64,000 nucleotides of DNA, from NCBI GenBank assembly GCA_038134595.1, contig JAYPVM010000005.1, positions 1-64,000 of the forward strand. Direction: 5' to 3'. Below are positions 27,666 through 37,347 of the stretch, piece after piece; position 1 is the first letter of the stretch; the number at the start of each line of letters is the position of its first letter. The position numbers and the translations under genes were made by a program. The notes below the pieces were generated by a model. The model did not search any database, was not told the DNA's origin, and saw only the letters and a list, made by a program, of their open reading frames with translations. This DNA comes from Pseudomonadota bacterium. GTDB taxonomy: Bacteria; Bdellovibrionota_C; UBA2361; OMII01.

Positions 27666-29715
27666 GCACTAACGCAGTCCGGTTGGGTATATATAATTTT
27701 AGCAGCGACTCTGCGCCTTGGGTGCGGTATACAATGGACTTGTCCACCCGTCCAAATCCACCGTATATGAGCTCATCTGTATTGAGCACCACTTTATATG
27801 TACCCGGTGGCACTTTTATCCCGTACCCCTCAAACGACCGCGCGGGATTGAGGTTGCTCACACACACGAGCTCTCCACGTCCAAACGCAAGAACCTGATC
27901 GCTTACATGCTCATGTAACACGTCAATCCAATCCTGGTCGAAGATGTTATAAAAATCCGCTACCGCCATCATGCTTCGATCAAAGACTGATAGATGCTTG
28001 TACTTGAGTGTTTCAGAGTCAACGAGGCTCCACTGACGGCGAGCATGATGATAAGACCACCCATTACCCTCTCTCGGAAAGTCGACCCATTCTGGATGTC
28101 CGAATTCATTACCCATGAAATTTAGGTATCCGTGCCCAGCGCTCAAAAGGGTGAGTAGACGAATAACTTTGTGCAGAGCAACAGCGCGTTCGATAACTGG
28201 GTGGTTGTCGTCACTCGACATGTGCCAATACATCTCTTTATCAGCCAGTCGAAACATAATAGTCTTGTCTCCGACCAGAGCCTGGTCATGCGATTCGCAA
28301 TAATGAATCGTCCGTTCCTCCGCTCTTCGGCCCGAAAGCTCGCGCCATATCTCGGACACGTTCCAATCTTCATCTCGGGTGTGCTTAAGTAGCTTTATCC
28401 AGAAATCTGGAACGCCCATAGCCAGGCGGTAATCAAAACCGATTCCGCCTTGGTCTCTTGGAGCGGCCAGGCCCGGCAGAGCCGTAACTTCTTCGGCAAC
28501 GGTAATCGCATCGGGCCTTAAATCATGAATTAGTGTATTGGCAAGAGCAAGGTATGAAACCGCATCTTCATCGACATTTGGCGAGAAATAGTGGTCATAA
28601 GAATCAACTCGACTACCCAAGCCGTGATCGTGGTAAATCATGCTGGTTACACCATCAAATCGAAAACCGTCGAACTTGAAAACGTCAAGCCAGTACCTGC
28701 AGTTTGACAACAGAAAGTGAAGTGTTTCGGTTTTTCCATAGTCGAAGGTACGGGTATTCCAGGCACTGTGCTCCCCCCTTTCCCCTCCGTGAAAATACAA
28801 AGTATACGATCCATCGAAACGACTCAGCCCCTCAACTTCGTTTTTTACAGCATGCGAATGAACAAGATCCATAATTACGGCGATGTCCATCGAATGTGCG
28901 GTGTCAACCAAGCGCATGAGATCCTCTGGGGTGCCAAAACGCGATGAGGGTGCAAAGAAATTCGATACCTGATAACCAAAAGAACCGTAATATGGATGCT
29001 CCTGCACTGCCATCAGCTGAATGGTGTTGTAGCCCGCCCTCTTTATTCGGGGTAAAACATAATCAGTAAACTCCCGATAGCTGGCAACCTTGGGGGACTC
29101 ACTGGACATACCCACATGAGCCTCATATATCCGCGGCCCTTCATGCGTGACCTCAAAACGGGGGATCCTCCAATTATACTCCTCTGGCGGGCTCCAGACC
29201 TGTGCGCAAAATGAATAATCGTTTGAATCCTGAACTACGCGTCTACAAAAAGAGGGGATCCGCTCCCCGCTGTGCTCACCGCTTTCGTCGTTCCAGAACA
29301 CGACAAGTTTGTACAGCATTCCGTGAGCAAGAGCCTCATCGGGTAATTCGAGATTCCATTCTCCGTTGCCCGTCGGTGTAAAGAGATTTTCATCCTTGAT
29401 AGCCCAGTCCGAGAATTCTCCAATCAGAGCAATCTTTGATGCATTCGGGGCTCGTTCTCGAATTATCCATCCTGAAGAGTGCTTATGTAGTCCGAAGTGC
29501 TCATGACCGAGAGCAAAATCCATGAGCGAACCATTGTCTGGACAGATTCGCCTGTGATGAAAGGCTATTGTTTGCAGACGACGCTCAAGAGCCTCTTTAA
29601 AAGGGCTTAACCAAGGGTCGGTTGTAAGGATTGAGTTGGGTTGCTCTTGGGCCTGTTCCATGGGATAACCATACTCTATCTTGGGCTCCTCCAAAATATT
29701 TGAATCGGCCAACAT
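27652..29715 (-). CDS. glgB: 1,4-alpha-glucan branching enzyme (GH13)
   Basis: IYEAHVG, YYGSFGYQV, FRFDGVTSM, AEEV, YCESHD, NFMGNEFGHPEW. Confidence 0.95.
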   Translation of the reverse strand: MLADSNILEEPKIEYGYPMEQAQEQPNSILTTDPWLSPFKEALERRLQTIAFHHRRICPDNGSLMDFALGHEHFGLHKHSSGWIIRERAPNASKIALIGEFSDWAIKDENLFTPTGNGEWNLELPDEALAHGMLYKLVVFWNDESGEHSGERIPSFCRRVVQDSNDYSFCAQVWSPPEEYNWRIPRFEVTHEGPRIYEAHVGMSSESPKVASYREFTDYVLPRIKRAGYNTIQLMAVQEHPYYGSFGYQVSNFFAPSSRFGTPEDLMRLVDTAHSMDIAVIMDLVHSHAVKNEVEGLSRFDGSYTLYFHGGERGEHSAWNTRTFDYGKTETLHFLLSNCRYWLDVFKFDGFRFDGVTSMIYHDHGLGSRVDSYDHYFSPNVDEDAVSYLALANTLIHDLRPDAITVAEEVTALPGLAAPRDQGGIGFDYRLAMGVPDFWIKLLKHTRDEDWNVSEIWRELSGRRAEERTIHYCESHDQALVGDKTIMFRLADKEMYWHMSSDDNHPVIERAVALHKVIRLLTLLSAGHGYLNFMGNEFGHPEWVDFPREGNGWSYHHARRQWSLVDSETLKYKHLSVFDRSMMAVADFYNIFDQDWIDVLHEHVSDQVLAFGRGELVCVSNLNPARSFEGYGIKVPPGTYKVVLNTDELIYGGFGRVDKSIVYRTQGAESLLKLYIPNRTALVLKRN

Positions 29716-29760
29716 TCACTTTTTATTTAAACCGAGAGTATCATAGGTCGCGAGGACAAT

Positions 29761-30027
29761 GTGAAAAATACAGGTATCTGCCACGTTTTAGTAGTAATCG
29801 ATGGAGCCAGCGAGGAGATTATAGAGGTTGTTGAACTTCTAAATTTTAATAAAAAGGCTTTTGCAGAGCAGCTTGACGTGCCCACCCTCACCGATCCGGA
29901 GATGCTAGACCGATACGTCATCGGTCCAGACGATGTGGATTTCGTGTCTCCATATCTCTCGAAGACCGTTGAATTTAACTTTTCGGAGTCGGGCTATTGG
30001 ATTGAAGCCGTTAAGTACGACACGTAA
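29761..30027 (+). CDS. Small acidic hypothetical protein
   Basis: GAGGA SD; fills the intergenic gap; natural-looking composition. Confidence 0.7.
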   Translation: MKNTGICHVLVVIDGASEEIIEVVELLNFNKKAFAEQLDVPTLTDPEMLDRYVIGPDDVDFVSPYLSKTVEFNFSESGYWIEAVKYDT

Positions 30028-30076
30028 ATCGCCGCCAGTAAAAAAGGCTTCGTCCAAGGGGCCCGTTTAGGCAGGT

Positions 30077-30355
30077 TTAATGGTGCCGTATTGAGGGTTC
30101 AATATCAAACCGGACTTTACAACGCACCATATATCGTTCGATGGTATTATCTTTTATGGACACTGTCATGTCGGTCACCTCAACAGTTTCGACATGCCGA
30201 AGTGTTTCGGTGGCCTCAGCGACACAGAGCTGAAGGGCATTTTCCCACCCGCTTTCCGACTCACCCACTAATTCAATTACCTTCGAAACCCCGTAGTTTG
30301 CTACTGCCGGTCGCTCTCTCTTCTGTTCTCGGTCTGACTTTGAAGCTTTGGACAT
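30077..30355 (-). CDS. Dodecin-family protein
   Basis: KVIELVGES-x-x-GWENA...EATETLRH...Y-x-V-x-x-KV-x-F. Confidence 0.85.
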   Translation of the reverse strand: MSKASKSDREQKRERPAVANYGVSKVIELVGESESGWENALQLCVAEATETLRHVETVEVTDMTVSIKDNTIERYMVRCKVRFDIEPSIRHH

Positions 30356-30530
30356 GCTAGGTGCTCCTCATAAAATAACTATTCACAGCCACAATTTCAA
30401 TACAACAAATTCGAATAATGCCGTTAACCGACCCGCTCTACTATGTGCCTAGTTACTCTAATCCCCGTCATAATTATGCTCCTCGCAATAGCGTAATTTC
30501 ATTAAATTAGGATTTAACGGAGAGCCGAAT

Positions 30531-31031
30531 ATGAAAAGCAACCAGTCGAAAAATATCCACACAAGGTTCTCGCCTTTATTGACCGTAGCAAGCGTTAGCG
30601 CACTTCTCATCGGAGGCGGCTTAATGTATCTATTTGATCCTCAAGCTGGCAACCGTCGTCGGGCTATCGCGAGAGACAGAACAAGGAAACTGGTCCGAAA
30701 GACCTCTCACCGCTCTCTTCAGCTCTTCAGGCACTCCAGAAACAGAGCTAGCGGAGTACTTTCGCTTCTGGTCAGAAATCTGATTTCCACTGGCGGGGTA
30801 AGTGATAGAAAGGTCTTAGGCCGGATAAAATCCTCGCTAGGTAGATCGATTAAACAGCCACATGCCGTCGCTGTCGTGGTTAAAAATGGCGCGGTTATGC
30901 TTCGAGGATATCTCGACCGACACGAAATCTCGAAAGTCGTACAGGCGGTTCAAGAAATTCCTGGCGTGCGCGCGATAGAAAATCAAATCATCGATAAGTC
31001 TCAGGAGGTGACGTCAGCACACCAGCATTAA
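30531..31031 (+). CDS. BON-domain protein
   Basis: LMYLFDP-x-x-G-x-RRRA N-terminus; V-x-V-x-NG-x-V-x-LRG...IPGVRAIENQI. Confidence 0.85.
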   Translation: MKSNQSKNIHTRFSPLLTVASVSALLIGGGLMYLFDPQAGNRRRAIARDRTRKLVRKTSHRSLQLFRHSRNRASGVLSLLVRNLISTGGVSDRKVLGRIKSSLGRSIKQPHAVAVVVKNGAVMLRGYLDRHEISKVVQAVQEIPGVRAIENQIIDKSQEVTSAHQH

Positions 31032-31056
31032 CTAGCCCTCTCTTCGCACCACCCTG

Positions 31057-32814
31057 CTAAACAGTATCCCAAGGATATCCCTGACTCTCTCGAATATGGT
31101 CAGCTAAACCGATTAAGTGCTCGTCAGCATTTGAAAACAGGGCTCGAAAATTATTGGTTATCCTAACTCGAGCTACATGATTAAACACCCTTGCGATCTG
31201 AATTTCGGCACTACATGCGGCGGCTCCTTTATCGGCAATATATGAACTAACCCGGGACAGGACGCACATTCCTACAAAAAGGTCAGTAGCTATATCGGCT
31301 AGGCGCTTCGAGATCAACTGCTCCCCAATAATTCCCTTCCGGTGTTTTAACAAGACCCCGTCAACCGCCTGTCCTAGTTTTAACACTCCCTGCTCCAACG
31401 CCCTCACCTCCGAATGAAGCTCTGATGAGATACCCTGCAAGCGCGGCCTTCCAAGACTTGTCATTTGACCGACCCGCCTAGAGGCATAATCACTCAAAAC
31501 TCCGAAGCCCTTAATGGGATCGTTAAATATTCCCTGAAGACTCTTAGAGACCCCCTTGAGATGCTCCGCAGGCTCCTTGAGGCCTGAAAGTGCAATGTAG
31601 AGTCTAAGTATTTCGTTTGTGCCCTCAAAAATACGGTTAATTCGCGAATCTCTTACGACCCGCTCATACGGAAACTCTCTCATAAAACCGTTTCCACCGG
31701 AGATTTGAAGTGCCTCGTCTGCAACACACCACAGAGCCTCTGACGCAAACACCTTGCTCATGGCGGCCTCAATCGAAAAATCCTCCGACCCCGAATCTAT
31801 GAGATGGCCCACCACACTTACTATGCTTTCGGTGGCAAAGCATAGAGTTGTCATAAGAGCCAACTTCTCCTTGATCAATTTAAACTCAAGAATCGGTCTA
31901 CCAAACTGCTTTCGTTGCTCAGCTTGAGCCACACTGAGTTCTATCAGTCGCTTCATCGCGCCAACGCAACCCCCTCCTAATCCGGTTCTCCCATTATTGA
32001 GTACCGCCATAGCAACCTTAAACCCCTTGCCTTCCTCGCCTAATATCGCATCACTTGGGATTCGCACGTTATCAAAACGGACTGTTGTAGTGCAGGAAGC
32101 TCTGATACCCATTTTGTCCTCTTTAGGCCCAACAGAAACTCCTTCCCAATCCCGCTCAACAATAAAAGCAGTCATCTTTCCGTTATCACCAGCTGTCTTT
32201 GCAAAGACTGTAAAGAATCCAGCCGTGCCTCCGTTTGTAATCCATATTTTTTCCCCAGATAGAGAGTAGCTTCCATCAGAATTTTTAACAGCTTCCGTTT
32301 TAATCGACGCGGCATCCGAGCCCGAACCTGACTCAGTGAGGCAAAACGCCGCTATTAATTCCCCGGTTGCAAGCCTTGGCAGGTACTTCTCTTTCTGTGC
32401 TTCGGTACCAAACAGCAGAAGCGCTTTCATCCCAATAGACGAGTGCGCTCCAATGGTAAGGGAAGTGGAACCATCATACCGGCTTGTTTGCTGTAGTATC
32501 CGCGAGTAGCCCGTATTCGATAAGCCTAGGCCTGCATACTCCTCAGGAATAATGAGAGAAAATAAACCTAACTCTCGAAGCTCATTTAGGTACTCTTCAG
32601 GCTGTTGCCCTTCGGAATCAAACCGACGGAAGTCCTCTTCTCGATTAGCCATAAACTTATCAACGGATTCGACAATAAAGCGAAGCGTCTCCTTTTCTTC
32701 TTCTGCCACAGAGGGAAACGGGATAATCGACTCAGTCCGAAACATGCCAGAAAACAGGCCCTTGGCTGGGCTTGCTAGATTAGAGAACTCTGAATCACTT
32801 TTGGCACTATCCAT
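31057..32814 (-). CDS. Acyl-CoA dehydrogenase (VLCAD/ACAD9-like, long C-terminus)
   Basis: FCLTESGSGSD, KIWITNG, KMGIR, RKQFG, RIFEGTNEILR. Confidence 0.93.
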   Translation of the reverse strand: MDSAKSDSEFSNLASPAKGLFSGMFRTESIIPFPSVAEEEKETLRFIVESVDKFMANREEDFRRFDSEGQQPEEYLNELRELGLFSLIIPEEYAGLGLSNTGYSRILQQTSRYDGSTSLTIGAHSSIGMKALLLFGTEAQKEKYLPRLATGELIAAFCLTESGSGSDAASIKTEAVKNSDGSYSLSGEKIWITNGGTAGFFTVFAKTAGDNGKMTAFIVERDWEGVSVGPKEDKMGIRASCTTTVRFDNVRIPSDAILGEEGKGFKVAMAVLNNGRTGLGGGCVGAMKRLIELSVAQAEQRKQFGRPILEFKLIKEKLALMTTLCFATESIVSVVGHLIDSGSEDFSIEAAMSKVFASEALWCVADEALQISGGNGFMREFPYERVVRDSRINRIFEGTNEILRLYIALSGLKEPAEHLKGVSKSLQGIFNDPIKGFGVLSDYASRRVGQMTSLGRPRLQGISSELHSEVRALEQGVLKLGQAVDGVLLKHRKGIIGEQLISKRLADIATDLFVGMCVLSRVSSYIADKGAAACSAEIQIARVFNHVARVRITNNFRALFSNADEHLIGLADHIRESQGYPWDTV

Positions 32815-32825
32815 TATGCTTGCTC

Positions 32826-33956
32826 CTAAGTAGACACCCCTTCACTGCCACTAGCGGTGTTCGTTAAAAACCTTACAATTTCTAAAAACGTGTCTTCACG
32901 ATTCGCTACCGCTGAGTGCCCACCCTGAACCCAACGTAGGTCCACATCGCTCCATCTCTTCCGGAGCTCAGAGATCTGCCCGATTGGAACTAAATGATCT
33001 CCTTCCCCCCCTATTACCAACATTCGTTTTTGCGGCGTGGCGGGCAGAGAATTATAAGGGCAGTGGTCTTGATAGAGACTCCTTAAAAAGTCTCTATCGA
33101 TGCCATCGCTCTGACCATCCTTAGAAAGCAGACTCCAAGCCATGTCTCCCATTGAGAACATGGGAACTAGAAAGAGTGCCCTATCCAAGACATCTCGAGA
33201 CGCCCAAACTGCACCGACATACGCACCTAAACTCATACCAACCGTAGCAACCCGCCTAGATCCCTTAGACTCAAGGTAACTACGAAGCACACGGAGGTCG
33301 TGAAGCGCATGGGCAATTGCTATACATGTCCGCACAGGATCAACACTCGGAAATAAAGGACCATCTACTGAAGATTTAGTTGGCATTCTACGACCATGAA
33401 AAGGCAGCTCAACCAAGGCCACATCAAAGCCGAGACGGTAGAGAATACCTGGTAGAAATGCTAACGAATTAGCCCGCTGATCTCCCATCGTCCAGCCGTG
33501 AATACCCACGACCGTCAATCGCTCCTTATTGCCATCGCTGTGGGACCAGAACCTTACAAAAGACGCTGCGTTCTCTTCAATCAGCCTATAACTAGGATCT
33601 AAATGTAATCTAGAATCTGGAAATGGTGATGCAAACTTTAAATCATAAACCGCCCCATCTGGAAATCCGTGAACCTGAGTTACTTCCGGAATTGGCGTAA
33701 AAGAAGGCCTCTCAAACAGTAGATCTAGAGCACCGGTTTTGCGAGTTTTTTGAAGAAACTCACCCTTCTCTACCAAAAGCTCGATATTCAGAGAGGGTGC
33801 AAAACTTTGGAGAGACACTTCTCCTAGGCTTTTACCAAGTCGACCCAAGACCCGGTCTAATCCCCTTCCTCCCACTACGGTAAGTCGCTCAACGTCACTG
33901 AGACGACTGTCAACACAGCCATTAAGAATACAAAAATCAGACGGCGAATCAGCCAT
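32826..33956 (-). CDS. Alpha/beta hydrolase
   Basis: IHGW, LPFHGRR, GMSLG nucleophile elbow, GDHLVP, GGH. Confidence 0.85.
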   Translation of the reverse strand: MADSPSDFCILNGCVDSRLSDVERLTVVGGRGLDRVLGRLGKSLGEVSLQSFAPSLNIELLVEKGEFLQKTRKTGALDLLFERPSFTPIPEVTQVHGFPDGAVYDLKFASPFPDSRLHLDPSYRLIEENAASFVRFWSHSDGNKERLTVVGIHGWTMGDQRANSLAFLPGILYRLGFDVALVELPFHGRRMPTKSSVDGPLFPSVDPVRTCIAIAHALHDLRVLRSYLESKGSRRVATVGMSLGAYVGAVWASRDVLDRALFLVPMFSMGDMAWSLLSKDGQSDGIDRDFLRSLYQDHCPYNSLPATPQKRMLVIGGEGDHLVPIGQISELRKRWSDVDLRWVQGGHSAVANREDTFLEIVRFLTNTASGSEGVST

Positions 33957-34301
33957 TAACGACATTCCTTGAATGTTTTTACCCCACACCTACAGACAGC
34001 CAAACAGTAACAACGGAACAAGCTGCCAGAGAGCACCCGGGCGCGCCTCGGCTTCGTTTCCGGGTAAAGCTTATTCTTTCTCACACTAATATGATGCCGG
34101 CCCATCAATGGTAGATTGGGATAACTTGCTAATTATACCAGAATATTCCTTCGGTCGGATAGAAAATCTACGGTCAGATATGGCTGCAAATTGAAAATGA
34201 CTCTTAAGCCAAGAGGTTTTTAAACAGAACAGTGGATTAATAACTAAGTCTCCAGTAGGCTATCCAGGGTAGCATGATAGTGGGATTGTCCGACTGCACC
34301 T

Positions 34302-34562
34302 ATAGCCGCAAGAGTTTGCGTTACGTTTTCAAGAGCAAAAACTACGTATTTTATATGAGATACCGGTTACCTTGCCCCTGACAGCTAACTAGCCCTTCGT
34401 GCAATTTGGGCTGCTTGCCGGATAAGCAAAACTCACAGCACTACTGGCTCCCGTTGGGTGTTATTTTGAGCTCGCGTCTTTCCATCCCTAGGAATAATCA
34501 ATGACGGTTATTCGTAGGGATGGCAGAGCATGGTGCGATGCCAAAATAGATCACTAAGGAGG
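34302..34562 (+). ncRNA. Putative structured RNA or long 5' leader
   Basis: Nested stems GAGTTTGC/GCAAAACTC, AGCCC/GGGCT, CCGG/CCGG, and CCATCCCTA-G-GAATAATC/GGTTATTC-G-TAGGGATGG, extending to the SD. Confidence 0.45.
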
Positions 34563-34570
34563 ATTGCGTT

Positions 34571-34837
34571 GTGGCAATTAGCTATGATCCGCTCACAGGA
34601 GCACGTGAAGCAACATGGGCACCCGGTGGGTCGCCCGAGAGGGACCTCACCGAGGCCTTTCTTCGGTACTGCAACACCGTACCAAAAAGGAATAGGAATT
34701 TCGCCAGCTGCGTTCGACAATGGGCACAACTGAGAATACAGGCGGAACAGAGTGTCGATCCGGAAGGGGCAGACGCAAAAAAGATGCCACCGGAGTTTCG
34801 GAAAAAGCTTCAGGAGGCCTTTGCCTCTCGGTTTTAG
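34571..34837 (+). CDS. 88-aa hypothetical protein
   Basis: AAGGAGG SD 8 nt before GTG; its own downstream hairpin. Confidence 0.75.
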   Translation: MAISYDPLTGAREATWAPGGSPERDLTEAFLRYCNTVPKRNRNFASCVRQWAQLRIQAEQSVDPEGADAKKMPPEFRKKLQEAFASRF

Positions 34838-34850
34838 ATGATTAAACAAG

Positions 34851-34883
34851 CTCCAGGGGAAGCCGCTTGTGCTTCCCCTGGAG
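34851..34883 (+). terminator. Strong hairpin, probable terminator
   Basis: CTCCAGGGGAAGC-N7-GCTTCCCCTGGAG, 13-bp perfect stem 14 nt after the stop; U tract is weak. Confidence 0.7.
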
Positions 34884-34991
34884 GATTTCATCGACTAAGG
34901 TTATCTAATGCTCTGCACATCCATCGTTGCCAATGAAAAAGGGCAAATGCGGCTTTAGAAAAAAGAGACTGGGTTAAGGAGCGCTCTTGAG

Positions 34992-36380
34992 ATGCACCGA
35001 GACGATTTTAGACGTGAAAGCGGCGAAATGAAAGAAGAGACACATCATAGCTCACATGTGCCCGATGCTATAGATGGCGCAATAACACCACCATTGGACC
35101 GCACGTTAATTCTTGATCTCTTAATTGAAACGGCACTGACCTCTGACAACCCCGTGGAGGAGCTCCATGCCATTCAAGCTGATTCCCGATTCGACTACAA
35201 AGGCGCACAGAGGGATTTCTGTGACACGCTCTGGAATATTGAACAACGACACTTTGATAAACTAGTATCTTCCTCACAATACTCAGCCGAGCTTGTAGGT
35301 GCTATAAGGCACCGCGGCGAAATATTTGTCCAACTGAATGCCTATCACATCCCGTCAGCATCCATCAATGCATGGCTACAACTGGCATCTGAAGAGATTG
35401 AATTCCTCAATCATCTACCGGAATGGAACGACGCCGACGTTCTCCTTTGCTCACATGCGCTCTCTGTTCTAGAGGAGCTTGTCGTAAATGGGCCGTCCGA
35501 ATGGTCAATATATGAAAAACTTCAGGCCAATATTCTTCAACAACTAGAGGGGATGTCACACCGTTTTTTTCACGATGAAAATTTATCCTCACCTCCGGAG
35601 GAGGCAAACAGAGTAGCTCTGCTCTCTTGGTTAGTTCTTGCAAATGATTCTGGTATTGATTCCCTCAAAAATGAGGCGGCTGGCCTAATCCCGCAGCTAC
35701 TCGAAATCTGGAAATTAGTGGATCAAAGAGACGGCGATTCAGAGTCAGAAGATGAATCCCTCTATCCCCAGAGTGAGTGCGACAAGGAAGGGGATACAGA
35801 CTCCGAATTTTTATTAGAAAATCTGGAAAATTGGCGGGCGAACAACCAAGAGGAATCCACGGATGAGACATTCGCAATTGACTCAGATGAGGACAACCTG
35901 GAATGGCGAGAAGGCTTTGAGTTATCTGAAATCCAACAGTGGGAACATGCGTTAACTTTAGCTCTCCAGGCCGGCCAGTCGAGAATCGATTTAGATGATG
36001 AGTTCATACTAGTCCTACACACAGCCGATATAGGCTCCGATCTGTGGCAGTCTGCTTTTGACGGACTCTTAGTCTCGTCCTATGCAGAGAGCCTACGCGT
36101 TATTGAATCGTTGTTCGACACAGTGCAATCGATGCCGGGGGCAATGCGGCATATTACATCACCCCTCGATGCATCCGAGAGAATTTCCCACAAATTCTAT
36201 TATTCCCCTCCTGACCTTCTGCAAGACGCACTACAAAAAGAAAAACCTAGGGCTAGGCGAAAGATCTTAAAAATGATCTCTAAATATATCGAAGATGAAA
36301 AACTCTCGGGGGGTGAAACTGAAGTGATGGCTTCAAGGTTCAATAAACTTCTTCGAAACCTTCGTGGATTAAAGCGATAA
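34992..36380 (+). CDS. Highly acidic hypothetical protein
   Basis: Long ORF with AAGGAG SD, an Asp/Glu-rich central tract and a basic C-terminus; no motif recognised. Confidence 0.75.
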   Translation: MHRDDFRRESGEMKEETHHSSHVPDAIDGAITPPLDRTLILDLLIETALTSDNPVEELHAIQADSRFDYKGAQRDFCDTLWNIEQRHFDKLVSSSQYSAELVGAIRHRGEIFVQLNAYHIPSASINAWLQLASEEIEFLNHLPEWNDADVLLCSHALSVLEELVVNGPSEWSIYEKLQANILQQLEGMSHRFFHDENLSSPPEEANRVALLSWLVLANDSGIDSLKNEAAGLIPQLLEIWKLVDQRDGDSESEDESLYPQSECDKEGDTDSEFLLENLENWRANNQEESTDETFAIDSDEDNLEWREGFELSEIQQWEHALTLALQAGQSRIDLDDEFILVLHTADIGSDLWQSAFDGLLVSSYAESLRVIESLFDTVQSMPGAMRHITSPLDASERISHKFYYSPPDLLQDALQKEKPRARRKILKMISKYIEDEKLSGGETEVMASRFNKLLRNLRGLKR

Positions 36381-36388
36381 AAATCATG

Positions 36389-37066
36389 TTAGCGAACTTT
36401 CGCAGCTTGATTTTGAGCTGAATTGACTGTTACATGTAGCAGCGAGTCCTGAGTGAACAATTTTTCAACTAGCGACAGATCTCCCAATGCTGAAACTAAT
36501 GCACCTTCAAGCCAGGTGCTTGCGTGACCTCTTGCCATCTCGTCGAATAACTTTTGGTTTAATACGAATTTTTCTAGTTCTACTTTAGGAACGCCATCAG
36601 TTATTTCGAACTTGCCGGCTAGCTCTCCAGTTGCGAAACGAGAGTTAATGTTTGGTACAATGATGCGAGCAGCTCGCCATTCACCAAGAAAACCGAGCGG
36701 TAGAGAGAACCTCAAAAACACCTTATCCCCATTGAGAGCAAGGGATATGTTTTCCTCTAAACCTCGGATGCGCACAGCTGCGTTTAGATCTGTGCTAGTA
36801 AAGCTATCCGCGAAGTCATTACCAGAGTCCAATGCGCGGAGTAATCCTAACAACTTATCGCCATTTACATTGTCATTAGAGGATACGTCCTCGCTCAGGC
36901 GCACGAGGCTAGAGGCCGCGGGCGTTGTATACATCTCCACAGCACCTTTAACACTGCGAATTCCCCACCAGGTTAGAAAAGCCCCTAGAATAATGACTAT
37001 GAAAGCCGAAATAAGGCATCCGTAACTAAAACACCCGGGTTGTTTGGATTGCGAATTCACCAACAA
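36389..37066 (-). CDS. Membrane-anchored hypothetical protein
   Basis: GC-x-x-YGCL followed by a TM segment. Confidence 0.7.
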   Translation of the reverse strand: MLVNSQSKQPGCFSYGCLISAFIVIILGAFLTWWGIRSVKGAVEMYTTPAASSLVRLSEDVSSNDNVNGDKLLGLLRALDSGNDFADSFTSTDLNAAVRIRGLEENISLALNGDKVFLRFSLPLGFLGEWRAARIIVPNINSRFATGELAGKFEITDGVPKVELEKFVLNQKLFDEMARGHASTWLEGALVSALGDLSLVEKLFTQDSLLHVTVNSAQNQAAKVR

Positions 37067-37067
37067 A

Positions 37068-37301
37068 TTACTCCGCGACCTTAGAGTGTGCCTCTTCTTG
37101 AATTGCTTTTATCTGGCTGTCGAAGAGACATCCACGTAGTGATCGCTCATCCACCTCGCCTAGTTTTTCGACACAGGCCTTACACAGACCAACATCTATT
37201 GAATCTCCATTCGCATTGCGCCATGGAGAACATGGATCGACAGGCGCCACCGAGCAACCTAAAAAAGATAGAAACACTACGGTAAAAAACAGGGTTCTCA
37301 T
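37068..37301 (-). CDS. Small Cys-rich lipoprotein
   Basis: MRTLFF...FLG-C lipobox; four further Cys. Confidence 0.6.
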   Translation of the reverse strand: MRTLFFTVVFLSFLGCSVAPVDPCSPWRNANGDSIDVGLCKACVEKLGEVDERSLRGCLFDSQIKAIQEEAHSKVAE

Positions 37302-37347
37302 AACGAGCAGTTGTAGCAGAGACTCTCTTAACTGAAAAGACCAAGCT

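Noticed and set aside
34755..34780. TCCGGAAGGGGCAG, similar to the SRP RNA loop
   Set aside because: It lies inside a well-supported ORF and lacks the CAGG/AGCA internal loop and long flanking helix.
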